DNA of 60,298 nt, counting the filler, from Syncephalis fuscata S228 (Eukaryota > Fungi > Zoopagomycota): the NCBI GenBank assembly GCA_025786725.1. It is 4 parts of 4 records of this genome, joined end to end, with 100 filler letters (N's around TTAATTAATTAA, not from the genome) between each part and the next. Parts side by side here need not be neighbours in the genome. Positions count along the whole stretch, not along the records: positions 1 to 13,613 come from JAHLTZ010000243.1; 3 more parts are not named here. One strand, 5' to 3'. Below are positions 1-13,105 of this stretch, piece by piece. A model generated the notes under the pieces. That model made no database searches and was not told the DNA's origin. It saw only the letters and a list, made by a program, of their open reading frames with translations. Made by a program: the position numbers and the translations under genes. How positions within the stretch are numbered: position 1 is the stretch's first letter; each line of letters opens with the position of its first letter.

Positions 1-54
1 TAGCGCGTCTGACTGTTAATCAGGAGGTTGGTGGTTCGAGCCCACCCGGGAGCG
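1..54 (+). tRNA. tRNA-Asn(GTT), 5' end cut by window edge
   Basis: Anticodon arm TCTGA-CT-GTT-AA-TCAGG, T-arm GGTGG-TTCGAGC-CCACC, followed by a T-run (Pol III terminator) near 60-64. Confidence 0.9.
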
Positions 55-390
55 ATTGCTTTTTGCTAGATTGGACACTGATATACAAAAGGGTCTTTTT
101 TTTGCTTGAGAGAGCGTTTATTGAAGGTGGAACGAAGCTGGAGGAAACAGAAACCGAGCGAGTGCTTTTTGGCCACCAACAGCTTTGTTTTATTAAATGG
201 TAGTCAGTTAAAGTTTTATCAGCGTAAGGCATTTCATTTAATTATCCACCGATTCTATTTGGCACCAAAGCAGTAGACGATCGTGCATACGGAACTGACC
301 AGGTCCGCACGTGTACTCTAGGTAGCATACAGCCTGTGTGTTTACAACTAAAAAGCACAAAACATACACGGTCATCGCGTTGGCTAGACT

Positions 391-3019
391 ATGTCGGCAT
401 CGCAGAACGAATCGTGCACTGAGCCGTCAGGCAATATTAACGACAATAGTCATGGCGCCATGTCATCGGACGTCGAGCCAACAGCTTCGTCTGCTATGGT
501 AGAGAAAGCAGACAAGGATATAGAAACGGATACTGCCGATGAATTATCTGATCGACAGAAAAAGTAAGCAGGAACAATGGTATATTCATCGTACTAATAG
601 CCATTCTTTGGTACAGTCTTGGCCGATTAGCAGTGGAGCTTGTTAATCGAGATACGCTAGATAATGCAAGTGCAACTGATCGACATGAAGGAATAAATCG
701 GTCACGGCCGTTTCGTATTCGAGCTACTGACGATCTATTCGATGCCAGTGATCCAAATATTAAGCAGGTAGAGTATTGATGTGGTATTGTTATGGACAAC
801 AGTAATGCCAACTAACATGGCTGGTATATTAGGATATCATTTGTATGATATTACAATATCTTAGCAATGAAGGATACCAAGCATCTAAGATTACACTATA
901 CGACGAAGCAAATGTTAAACGACATGAACGCGATGAACATCAGGCAGAAATACGAAGATTAAAAAAAGCAATTCTTGGTAAGTAGTTGGTGCAACTAACA
1001 AGCGATAAACAGTATAGCTGACTGGTTAATATTGCTATTTAGAGGGAGACTGGTCCGAAGTCGATAAGCTGTGTACCAAGCCACTAATTCGGCATCAAAA
1101 AAGCTTTCTATATGCTGTTTATCGCCAACAATTTCTTGAATACATTGAACATCATGAAATACAAAAAGTAAGCTATTAATCATTTAGTTTATTAAGTAAA
1201 TTATCTAATTTGGCACGAACAGGCATTTGCACATTTATCGCGTCGGATCAAACCGCTTGAACATCTACAAACAACACCAGATGAATTTAAAGATCTGTGC
1301 TATTTATTGACTGCTAAATCGGTTCAAGATGCACCTTCATTTAAAAGCTGGGAAGGAATTGGTCCATCAAGGTAAATAGTGCTACTATTAGCATTGGTAT
1401 TAGCACTGCTGCTACTCAGCCACTTATATTTATTTATTTAGAGAACGATTAGTGGAACAGTTTCAAAATATGTTGGATTCAGAGCGAACCATTCGAGAAA
1501 GTAAGTAGTTAGATAGTAGTCAATATAATGCTAATCAATAAATTTTACTAGATGCCGTTCGAGTTCCAGATAACCGAATGATTACACTGTTGCAACAGGC
1601 AGTTGCTCATCAAATGGAGAGTTCTCGATATCAGTCAAAATCGATTGTAAAGTCAACTAGCTTGTTGTCAGATCATTCAAGCTTTGTCATTCCCAATGCT
1701 ATGTGTAAGACTTTTCGCGGGCATCGTAACAATGTTAAATGTTTAACATTTGCTGGTGCTGATGATAAACATCTTGTATCTGGGTCAAGGTAAATAGCTT
1801 GATGCGAATAAATAGACAATAAATAGAAACAATTTGCTAACATACGCACTAATAATACTTTATAGCGATAATACACTTCGGATATGGGATACAGAAACAA
1901 GCGAGTGTCTAGGCGTTCTTGATGGACACACATCGCGTGTGTGGGATGTTAATACAAGTGCCACTGGACAGTATGTAGTGAGCGCATCAAGTGATCGATC
2001 TGTACGAGTAAGTATTGCTGTGGGCCATTAAATACGAGTTTAACGTATTGGCAATGTATTAGATCTGGGATACTGATAAAAAAGAGTGTGTATCGATATT
2101 GGATGGACATGATGGTGATGTTTATTCGGCCTGTTATCATCCTGGCAATGTAAGTGGCATATTTAGCCTTGATTATGGCAGTATTAATTAATTAATTGAC
2201 GATAATTGTTAATAGTCGCATGTATTAAGCGGTGGATATGACAAGGTAGTGCGTATGCATGATGTAGAGACCGGTAAATTGGTCAAGACATTTGTTGGCC
2301 ATGAGTTGTCTACCACCAGCGTTATTTGTAATCCACTAGGCAATCTAGTTATTACAGGGTAATTATCTAATGTAGAAATAAATGAATCAATATGCTAACT
2401 ACTTTTAATATAATCAGATCCAAAGATAAAACAATAAAGTTCTGGGATGTCTCTTCGGGTCTATGTGTCCGGACTATGACCTCACATCTTGGTGAAGTCA
2501 CCTCAGTGGCCGTTAATAATCACGGCAATCTAATGTTAAGCTGTTCAAAGGACAACTCCAATCGTCTGTGGGATATTCGTATGGTAATTATAATAGCGTA
2601 ATTAACAAGTGTAGTCTAATATAATTATATTTTGGTATAGATGCGTCCAATTGGTCGTCTTAAAGGCCATCAAAATACATCAAGGAACTTTATACGCGCT
2701 TCATTCGCCCACCATTCACTTATTGTAGGCGGATCTGAGGTAATTTTAACAACAATTATGATAATGGTTAATTATTAACATTATACTACAGGACGGTATT
2801 GTATATCTGTGGGACCAGGAAACGTGCGAGGTATTACAGCGGCTACGTGGCCATACAGGCATTGTTTATACAGCCAAATGGTCACATAATCAAGGATTGT
2901 TTGCTACTGCCTCAGATGATCGTACACTTCGTACTTGGTGGTATGACGATCAACGATCACTCTATAGTACATTGACTGGCAAAGCCATTTCTGATCAGTA
3001 TTTACTAAACGATCAGTAG
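391..3019 (+). CDS. LisH/CTLH-domain WD40-repeat protein, multi-exon
   Basis: Spliced segments give ILEGDWSEVDKL and NRMITLLQQAV (CTLH-like) and repeated GH...WD blades (RGHRNNVKCL, DGHTSRVWDV, DKTIKFWD, DRTLRTWW). Stop TAG at 3017-3019. Start and 5' exons approximate because of apparent indels. Confidence 0.8.
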
Positions 3020-3183
3020 TTTTTTGTTTTTAACATATAAACAAGTGCAAACACAATTCAGTTTTTAAATAAACGACCAATGTCTAGACATTTGGACATA
3101 TTATTGTTATTATAATATCATTAACGATGCAAAGTACAGACGGACAGATGGAATGTGCAAAGTGTAGAGGTAATCCAATTCTT

Positions 3184-4149
3184 TTAAACCAATAGCTAAA
3201 TAAATGATATTAGTTAATAAAAGCCGCTAATAAACGTAATAAAGCTACTTACCACTGCATTAATGCAACCGTCATTCTCTGGATTATTGGTTACTTGTGC
3301 GTATTTGCCCCAAATGACTTTGCCACCCGTTGTGACAAGACCCAACTCGCTAACATTCACTTCAATAACACATCCCTTCGTAATAACACCAAGTTGTGTG
3401 TAGAGTGGACTCTGTGGGTTCTTTTTCACACTAATGATTGGTAGGTGGAAGGTGGCACCTAGTTCAGGATGGGTAACGTGGGCCTTCTTGTAACGAAGAG
3501 CCATTGGACGAATGAATCGTTCGTACTTTGGTGGTTTACGTGTAAAGCCGTCACCTACAAAGGTCGCCTTCGTAACCATACGTTTCCATTGCTTTGTATT
3601 CTTCTTGCCAGTCTTGAGCACCTTGAACATTTCGTCTTCGGCAATACCGCGTACTTTTGGTAGTGGTACATCCCACTTGCCTGCCTTTTCCTTTCGCTTC
3701 TGTTTAACCATGTTCGATAGTACTTTGGCTCGTTGTTCACCGTCACGGTCAAGCAAATAGGCTGGAACAGCTCCTTCGGGCACAGCTTCTTCATTCTTCT
3801 GCTTAGCGTTCTTTTCTTCGTGCATCTTAATACTATAATATAGTAGTGGATTATAAGTTAATAGATAATAATAAATGTCTATTGCTTACGTCTTCTTCAT
3901 TTGAATCTTTTCAGCATGGCGTTTCTTGTTATGCAACTTAGCCCGTAGACCATGGACCTTTTGTGCAAACTGTGAGTTCTTATGCACCTGACGTGCCTCC
4001 TTCTTGCGCCTGATTGGTGTAAACACATAGGAGCGTCAGTATTTATTCGGCAAACTATACATCTGCTTTGTAACTTACTTGCGCTCCTCATGATCGAGGC
4101 GGCGACCATGTCGCTTGATCGACTCTTCAATGTACTCGTTCTGTGGCAT
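3184..4149 (-). CDS. NSA2: Ribosome biogenesis protein Nsa2
   Basis: Starts [24 protein letters not shown], contains [30 protein letters not shown], ends [16 protein letters not shown] introns. Confidence 0.97.
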
Positions 4150-4417
4150 ATTGTTGAATCTAGAGTAGGCAGTCTACGGATAAGAAAGGATCCAAAATAG
4201 CTGCGACAACAGCAACAATAGCAACAACAGAAAGAAGAAAACTAAAAAAATGTATAAATGTGCGTGTGTGTGTGTGTGTGTATGTGGATGAATAAAACTA
4301 AAAAATCATTAGTTTTTTCTTTTACATTTAATCATGTGATTTGATCCCACAAGGATGGCCTTCTGCTATTTGTGTATAACATAACACAGCAGATACATCG
4401 AGTATTCCTTGTTCAAC

Positions 4418-4532
4418 GTTCATGTCTCGGAGAGGTCAATGATGACGTGCATGTAGTGAAGTGTCAACTGAGCATGCACGGGCCGCTGGCTTACCGAAGA
4501 TATTAGTAATTTTTGGATCCGTCAAGGCGGAT
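4418..4532 (+). ncRNA. Candidate U4atac/U4-like snRNA (5' end uncertain)
   Basis: Kink-turn hairpin CGTGCATGT-AGT-GA-AG-TGTCAA-CT-GA-GCATGCACG (4446-4480), then GCTGGCTT (U6-type pairing segment), Sm site AATTTTTGG (4508-4516) and 3' hairpin ATCCGT-CAAG-GCGGAT. Confidence 0.55.
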
Positions 4533-4893
4533 AATAGATAATCAACTGATTAATGAGTACATAAATAAATAATGGAGATGTAATAATAATGTTAGTTCAA
4601 TTCATAATACGGCAATCTAATAAAATACACGCACGCACACGTAAGTAACTATAAACGTGATGAGTTATAAAACAGAAAGTTTAATAAATTTACTAAATTA
4701 CAAGCTAGCTTTAATATTATTTGAATTTGAATATGGATTGAAATGTTTGTTTTATTAATTTGTGTCCATATTTTCATTAATGTACAATTAAATAATTTAA
4801 TTATAAATGATGATATTTATTACACTGCTATTTACTTTGATTATAGTTCAACATATATTCAATTGCTGTGCTGTCTAATAAAACAACGTAATA

Positions 4894-5911
4894 TTAAACA
4901 AGTAAATCTGTCATAAGACTAGGAAACCAATAGGCAAATGGTGATGTTTGTTCATCTATCCAGCATAGTCCATTAGCAAGCATATCCGTCTAGATTAATT
5001 AATGTTGATTACTGTAAATAAAGCAAAATAAATCAATTATAACCTACTAAACATGTCTCTGCTCGATGTAACGTCCAGTCTAATTCTTCTTGAAGTTGGC
5101 TAATCGTTATATGAGCAGCATGCGACTGAGCACAGGCCAAAACGGCCGTCTCATCAGCGCCAAGTTCCCGTGGTACTGTACGCACCATACGACGATCTCC
5201 AATGGTGATCAGATCTAAGCCACCGCCTAATACTTTTAAACTTTGCATAGCACGAATCACATCGTCTCTAAATCACATAATATTAACCAATGGTTTTAAA
5301 TAGTTTATAGATGCAATGACAATCACTTACTCCGTAATATTTGCACCATTGCCACGTCGTCTACGTACAACACGACGATGCAGCTCGTCAATCGCTACAA
5401 GGCCGCCATCTGCTTCACGATGAACAATAGAGGCCTCAATCATTTGAACGGCCAGCTCGTAGTAAAAGTCACCTTGGCCAAGCAGATTTGCCCAGAAACC
5501 TTTATTTGCTGGTTGCTACGTTAATAGCTAATGCTACGCTATAATATACTAAACTTACATGCCAACGGATCTACGCCAAGTCGTGTACACATAGCTTGAA
5601 ATCGTGCTCGAAAGACTGGGTCTTTTCGAATAGCATCTCTATGTTCACAAGCAAATTGCTCGAGTAGCGTACGGAAACGTTCTAGTTGCAATCGCAACTA
5701 ATGTTTATTAAAATAATGCCTTAGCTCGTGCTTTTTATAAAACAGCGTGTAACTCACCTGTTCAACTTGTTGTTCTTGAACATCTTGGCCTAATTCTCGA
5801 AATTGTTCCTTCAATCGGTGTTAGTCTTGGCTTCGGTGAATTCAGTGTAGTAATCACCTTGACCTGCTGCTGTTTTTGTAAACCTGCCAATCCTAAACCG
5901 CGCCTCCTCAT
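4894..5911 (-). CDS. SNF8: ESCRT-II subunit Vps22/Snf8 (EAP30)
   Basis: Starts MRRRGLGLAGLQKQ, contains IRKDPVFRARFQAMCTRLGVDPLA and GDFYYELAVQMIE, and has FAYWFPSL near the C-terminus. Confidence 0.93.
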
Positions 5912-6218
5912 TTTGGCACTAATAGATTAACGTGCGCGTGTAAACACAGTTAATATGGATGAATGAAAAGCAAAATATGACGACCTTAGCAAGAAAAACG
6001 TCACTGCCATGCTCAGTTTTTTAAATAAACTATTTATATCATGGTATTAATCCGATTCCCCTTTTAGCTTTACGCCAATTTTTGCACTCTTCTAGTTCTA
6101 TCAACTCCGTAGTAAACAGTAACATTGCACTTTATCTCTAGCGGTAAGCTACGTGTGATTCGTACTTGATAGCACATTCTTACTCGTGTGCAATAGCACA
6201 TTAACTATAACAACAACT

Positions 6219-9093
6219 ATGTTGGAGCCCAGTGGCAAACACTCTTTGGATCCCTTGGCAGCTCCAGCAGCTCCAGGGTCTCCAGGATTGCGGCCTCACA
6301 GTAGCGGTGTCGGCGATCCCGCCATGTTAGGCATAGATATCGACCATAGCACCGGTAATTCTGAGCTATCGTCCAACTCGGGCGATAGTAGTCCAGTAAT
6401 GGGTGTTAGAACGCCAAAAGTAACTGTTAAAGAAGTATCACAGCGTTTACAAGCTGCTCGTATTACCAGTAAGTAGTTAAATTTAATTAATCACCACAAA
6501 AGTAATCAATAAAATAAAAATAGAGCCAGAAATACTTGTAACGGCAGCAGCAGCCAATGCCCAAACTGCCAGTCATAATGTACATGGTCCAGATAAACAA
6601 GAAATTTCACGTATTTACACCAATTTACATATTTGCTCACAATTGCGCCAAAAATATATGATGGCGTCTTTGCAACGGCCAGGCGACAATCCCAAGGACT
6701 CGGACAGTTGGCGTATTTATCCACACGCCCCTGAGCCTTATTGGGTTCCAGGCGATGGCCAACACGAAGGACGTCAAGTGCAACCGGACGAGGAAAAGTT
6801 TTGCTTTGAAGACTGCGTCTTTCCTCCAAAGCACGATGTAGGAATATTTAATATAAAGTTTTACCATCATACTAACGATAGTTACGCTTTAGTATACATT
6901 TGATATTGATGAATTTGGCGTGTATCAAATCTACACACCAGAAGAACATGCTAAAAAGCTGGTTAATGCTGAGGGCGATGTTGTTGAAGACGAATGCAAG
7001 CCAGTCTATAAGATCCCTACATTAAAGGAATATTTCCGTGATCTAGACTTTCTACTTGATGTTGTAGCTGACGGTCCTACCAAAACATTTGCATTCCGTC
7101 GACTAAAGTATTTAGAAGCAAATGGACCATGTATCGCTTATTGAATGAACAAAACGAACTAGCTGATTCCAAGGTAGGTTCAGCAATTATTAGTCAAATA
7201 AAGCACTAATAATCCATTATTCCATATAGACTGTACCTCATAGAGATTTCTATAATGTACGTAAGGTGGATACTCACGTTCATCATTCGTCTTCAATGAA
7301 CCAGAAACATTTGCTTCGCTTTATTAAAAAGAAAATAAAGACATCACCTGAGGCAAGTTAAAGCAAACAGTGCTAGTGTTAAATACACATGCTAATACAA
7401 AATATCAAGTAGGATACGGTCATTCATCGTGATGGTAGAGATTTAACACTTCGTGAAGTGTTTAAATCGCTAAACTTGACATCATATGATCTTAATATCA
7501 ATACACTGGATATGCATGCTCACCAAGACTCATTCCATCGATTCGACAAGTTCAATCTCAAGTACAATCCTATTGGCGAGTCTCGTCTACGTGAAATCTT
7601 CCTTAAAACCGACAACTTTATTAAAGGACGATATCTAGCCGAATTAACCCAAGGTAATTAGTATAATTTATTATTTATCATAATTAATATATATATACAA
7701 TTTCTATCAATCCATTTAGAGGTATTCTCTGATCTGGAAGCTAGCAAATACCAAATGGCCGAGTATCGTATCTCTATTTATGGCCGGTAAGTACCATTAA
7801 TAATAACACATATCATTCATACTCAATAGCCACCTATAATACTACAGTTCACCAGATGAATGGGACCGTTTAGCCCGATGGGTTGTTGGCAATAAGCTGT
7901 TCTCTCACAATGTACGCTGGCTTGTCCAAGTACCGCGTCTATACAATATCTACAAGTCAAGCAGTTCTGTCGAATCATTTGAAGCCATTATTAAAAGTAG
8001 GTTTAATAAAACAGACAGTATTTTGCATGTACACTAATTATCTTTTAATAGATGTTTTCCTACCATTGTTTGAAGTAACACGCGATCCTAGCTCTCATCC
8101 AGAGTTGCACGTTTTCCTTCAACGAATGATTGGATTCGACTCTGTCGATGATGAAAGCAAGGCAGAACGCCGTATTTTCAAAAAGTATCCAGTGCCACGA
8201 CTATGGAACTCTAACTTGAATCCACCCTACTCGTACTACTCGTACTACATGTACGCCAACATGGCCTCACTCAATTGCTGGCGTCGTGAGCGTGGATTCA
8301 GTAAGGCCAACTATTTGTATTTATTTTACGTTAATTAACTATGATTGTATCTATAGATACTTTTGTATTCCGCCCCCATTGTGGCGAAGCAGGTGATACC
8401 GATCACTTGGCCTCTGCTTTCCTTACTGCACAAGGTATTAGCCATGGTATTTTACTACGTAAAGTGCCTGCTATGCAGTATCTGTATCCTTTATTGTCTA
8501 TTGAATGATTCTACTCTATTGTTATCACACTTAACGTATACCGACTGCTAATAATAGATTCTACTTGGAACAAATCGGTATGGCCATGTCGCCACTTTCC
8601 AATAACGCGTTGTTCTTGGACTTTGACAAGAATCCATTTATTACATTCTTCCAGCGTGGTCTAAACGTTTCCCTATCAACGATGATCCCCTGCAGTTCCA
8701 CTTTACCAAGGAGCCATTGATTGAGGAGTATAGCATTGCAGCCCAGATCTGGAAGCTATCCTCGACCGATATGTGCGAGATTTCTCGTAACAGTGTTTTA
8801 CAAAGCGGCTGGGAGCAAGAAGTGAAACGCCATTGGTTAGGCAGCTGCTGTGACAAGGAAGGACCTGAAGGCAATGGTAAGTGATTCAATACAATGATAT
8901 CGATAGAATATTGTTTATTTATTGATTTTATTACTACTCCTTTATAGATATGCGCAAGACCAACGTGCCTAGTCGTCGTATTGAATTCCGCCATAACACC
9001 TTGTTAGAAGAACGAGGTATGATGGTGCAGTCAGCTGGTCTTGCCCCTCAAGACAACGGACAACGAATAGAAACTAACTTGAATTTCCACTAA
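6219..9093 (+). CDS. AMD1: AMP deaminase
   Basis: [79 protein letters not shown]. Single-base indels near 7120 and 8680. Confidence 0.97.
8484..8557 (+). other. U12-type (GT-AG) intron in AMD1
   Basis: 5' splice site GTATCCTTT, branch-like CACTTAAC at 8528-8535. Splicing restores conserved QYLFYLEQIG. Confidence 0.75.
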
Positions 9094-10018
9094 ATAAATT
9101 TTCCCCATCAAGTGTCACGTGAATCCTGATGAGGTCACCTGAACAACAACCATGGTATCAATAAAAGTACTATTCATAACAAAAGTGCGACGATAACCGT
9201 AGTAATTACTGCTATTATTGTCAGTAATATCGTTGCTGTTGAAATAACAACAAATAGTAGAGTGTAGGCACCATTAATTGGATGGTTTGGACTACAAACA
9301 TTGGACACTTGTCTCTACCCATTTCATTCTTTTGTTCACTTTTTATTTTACTTCGTCTATATACCTTTGGTGGCAGTAGTCGTAGTAGATACTACTTATT
9401 GTCCCTTACAACGTAAACAATCCACGCTTTATCCTAACTTGCTATCTGTTTACGTGCACCAAGTGCATATCAATAAGAAGCAAGTGGCTTGTAAACCGAC
9501 GTTGTTTGTTCCTTTTTCATTGTCTAACAAGATTTGCTCTACAGTGGTATTGTTGTTTTAAGGTGAGCCATCGACTAGAGTTATTGTTGATACTGCATTG
9601 CTACACCTGCTACTACACTTACGACTGCACACGTTAATAGTAGTGACTAGTTACTGTAAGCTCTAGTGGTTGTAGTCAAGTGTAAATACATGAATATATA
9701 GCTTGTATGCTCTGTCTATCCACCGTTGTATGCTTACTGTTCACGGTCTCTCTTCTTTTTTCCAGCAACGTCAACAACGAAACATATACACACAACACCA
9801 CTCGTGATTTTCTTTCTTGCTTCCATCTCGCTTTTTCACTTCTTGACTTCGATATTCTTTCTTTTCTTCCTTCTTCTCCTTTCTACTGCACCTTGGTTGT
9901 TTGAACAGTTGCTACTCCCCACATTGGATCACTATTGTCATTCTTTTATTTTCCATTTTTCTATTGTTTTGCGTGCTCTAGTTGCTTATTACTATTGTTT
10001 ATTTGTTTTTGGTAGAAT

Positions 10019-11068
10019 ATGGCCTCATTTCCATCACCACCGGTTGATTTGCCGGCTCATCACTCAAGTAGCAGCTCGTCGGCAGCACAGCGGGTGTACC
10101 GACTTGCACCCGATGAGACGGTAGTACTCAACTCTATGATCATGTCGGCTGTAGACCGAGGTGACTCCAATGAAGGTAAGTTTATTTGGGATTGGTAATA
10201 CAGTAATAGTAGTAGTAGTGGGGTGGTGCTGTTACTGGCCTTGTATGTTTGTTATTCTATTGCTGGTCAGGGAGGAGAGTAGACGCGGATGTTCTATTAA
10301 TCCACCCCTTTGCGTTTTAAATATAGCCTATTTTGATGTAATAGCCATTTTACTTACTCGATGTATGTTTGTATATAAATAGTGCGCCAGCTACTTAAGA
10401 ATGTACTTAGTGTTTCAACAAGGGGTATTGGCACAACACCACTGCATGTTGCTGCCCAGCGTGGTGACATTAAAATTGCATCAGAGCTGCTACGGGTTGG
10501 CTACGATGTTAACGTAGCAGACCATTCGGGTATGACTCCGCTCCGTTTAGGTAGGTTTATAGTACGGCTAAGGCCATCTAATGATCAAACTAACGCCATG
10601 CCGTGTAAATAGCGTTGCAGAATGAACATATAGACTGTGCTGAGTTTCTAAAAGCGGCAGGTAATGACGTTGCACTATTGTAGATTTGTATGATACTAAT
10701 CGTGATACTAATACATTGTATGTGACTAGGTGGTGGCATTTCGGCTCAGGCAGTGGCTAATCCGGTGACTGATGATGAATTGGATGCATTAACTTCTAGC
10801 ATGCTTTCCGGCATGGGTAATTCGATGCAGAATGGTCAGGTAAGAATAGACAATAATATACAAATGATTTGGCTATGTACTGATACTTTTATTTAGCCTG
10901 GCTCACCACAAGATCGTCGCGGTGTCCAATCGATGTTTGGTGTACCAAATTCTAGTGCCAATGATGACTTATCCGCCTTAATGAGTCTGGAACAGCAGCT
11001 GGATACCGTACGTCTTGCCGGAAACGACCAGCCAAGACATCCCAATGCCAATAACCGTCCATTCTAGC
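10019..11068 (+). CDS. Small ankyrin-repeat protein, about 5 exons
   Basis: GTTPLHVAAQRGDIKIASELLRVGYDVNVADHSGMTPLRL...ALQNEHIDCAEFLK. Canonical introns. Confidence 0.8.
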
Positions 11069-11269
11069 CAAGTATGCATGTAATATGCTTATTATTTACC
11101 GTTTTTCTGAAATGAGCTTGCTCAAATGTTCCCTACTTGTTCGGTGTCATGTCTATTCAGCTCAGTATCCGGTTACACTTGTATTTTCTTATGGCATTTT
11201 CTCCTTTAGCCATTTTCCGTGCATCCACCGCCGGTAATGATTAGCTATACTGGCTGCTGTGGTGGCTAC

Positions 11270-11390
11270 TACTGCTACTGCTACTGCGGCGATTACTGCT
11301 ATTACTATTTTACTACTCTACTACTACTACTACTACTGCTATTACTGCTGCCGCTATTGTTGTTGTCGTCGTTGCTGCTACTGATGATGT
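11270..11390. repeat. Trinucleotide microsatellite (CTA/CTG/TTG)
   Basis: ctactactactactactgct... tract downstream of the ankyrin gene. Confidence 0.8.
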
Positions 11391-11719
11391 TTCGAACAAA
11401 TCTAGTTTGCTATCATTTTCTATTTTTTTCATAATCATGCTTAGGTTGAAGATATTGGCTATTTTGCTAATATATTTCAAAATTGATTCAATATACCAAT
11501 TTTCTTTCCAGTCTTATTATTTGTAAATTATTATGTTAATACTGCGGGTGATGTAACAATATGTTATCCTATTATCTTATTTAGTTTATTAATTAAATAT
11601 AATATTTTCTTTTACAGATATAAGCATATTGCAGTTAGTTACATTTAATACTGCTACACTGACATTGCTCATTTTAACAATAATATCAGTAATTTATTGT
11701 GTTATTTTCATTACGTTAA

Positions 11720-13105
11720 TATTAAACAATTCATTAATAGTTTAATATGATTTGATGTTAAATGACTATATTTAATAACATTTGGATTTGGATTTATTAG
11801 CTTAAGTGAGACAACGGTCCGTAGGACCTAACCGCGCATTTGCAGCATTTGTCTGCCACCCCTAGGAGAATAGACGGTTCATTTCGAACCTATCCGCGCG
11901 CAACGCAGAACCTGCCATCTACAACTGAAAACCGTTGGTGGCTCTCCTCACGTGTTGGAATATCGACCATTTCTTCTACGGAAGGATCCCATCACGCATT
12001 TCCTGAAAACAAGATTCGAACTAGGCGAACCAACATTTTCCTACTTTAGGGAAGACGCGTTGACCGTTTAGGCCACCACGCCTCCCCTGACTATATTTAA
12101 TAACATTTAATTTATTGAACATAATAATGGATGGTGAATGACATCAAAGTCTAAACTACTCATCGTAGATTTATGATCCAATATGCATATACTATATTCA
12201 CTTATATTGTTAACAGTGCATGTCTATACTAATATACAGCATTCTATGCTATACGGAATACACCATATTGTTGTAGGTTTCAATTACATATAGCTTGCTA
12301 AATGAATGAGGTGAATGCGTTGAGCTTTATTAATAATAGTGCTAGAACAAAAACAAAAGCAGTTTTGGACAGAGAAAGGCTATGTGAGCATGAAATGACA
12401 CAGAATAGAATATATACAATGGAAAGTGTATGATAAGTGGTGTTGAAGTTATCGTGCATATAACACAATGAACGAATGAGTGAAGTATATTGCAACATAT
12501 AATAAACAGAATGTGTCTAATATAACATAGAATGATGTATAGTAGCGTGGAATATAATGTAAATATTATAAGTCAATAGACAACATATGCATACTGGATA
12601 ATAACCTACGATGATATTCTAGACTTTAATGTCACTCACCATCCATCATTATGTTCAATAGGAAGAATGTTAGCCATTAGCCGCCAAATCACAATATATT
12701 TAAATGGTTTAATCATCAATAAACCTCATCACCCGCACCCATGTTCAATCGATTAAATGTCTAGATCAATAAAATAAAAGCTATTCAATATAGTGATTTG
12801 ACTTTTAATCAAATTAAATAGCTAGTAAATTGTTTATTGTTTGCAACAGAATGGTTATCTTTATTTAATTAATAAAGAAGATGATAGATACAAATCGTAA
12901 ATCGAATGGCATTGTACATATAAAAACTATGAATAATTGAAGTATTGCTAAAGAGTTGCTCAAGTGATGCAATAAAAGAAATAATAAAAGCTGATAGCAT
13001 AAAATCAAGTATGCCTATAGGACATGTCATCAGTAACATAATGGGCGTAATACAAAAAAATAGGTAGCAGCAACAAAAATAAATATAATCATAGAATAAT
13101 GTCAT
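11720..13105. mobile_element. Foldback/MITE-like repeat, copy 1 (interrupted by SINE 1)
   Basis: Inverted repeats at about 12113-12190 and 12585-12660 (TATTGAACATAATAATGGATGGTGAATGACATC... / ...GTCACTCACCATCCATCATTATGTTCAATA). Homologous to 53790-54785. Confidence 0.65.
11784..12087 (-). mobile_element. tRNA-derived SINE (family 1)
   Basis: Head GGGGAGGCGTGGTGGCCTAAACGG (A box) ... GTTCGAATC (B box), 3' hairpin GGTCC-TAC-GGACC, tail (AAATCC)2, and a 21-bp TSD TGACTATATTTAATAACATTT at 11763-11783 and 12088-12108. Confidence 0.85.

Noticed and set aside
7110-7135. Programmed frameshifting in AMD1 or QCR9
   Set aside because: No slippery site with a stimulatory structure. Scattered indels are better explained by sequencing error.
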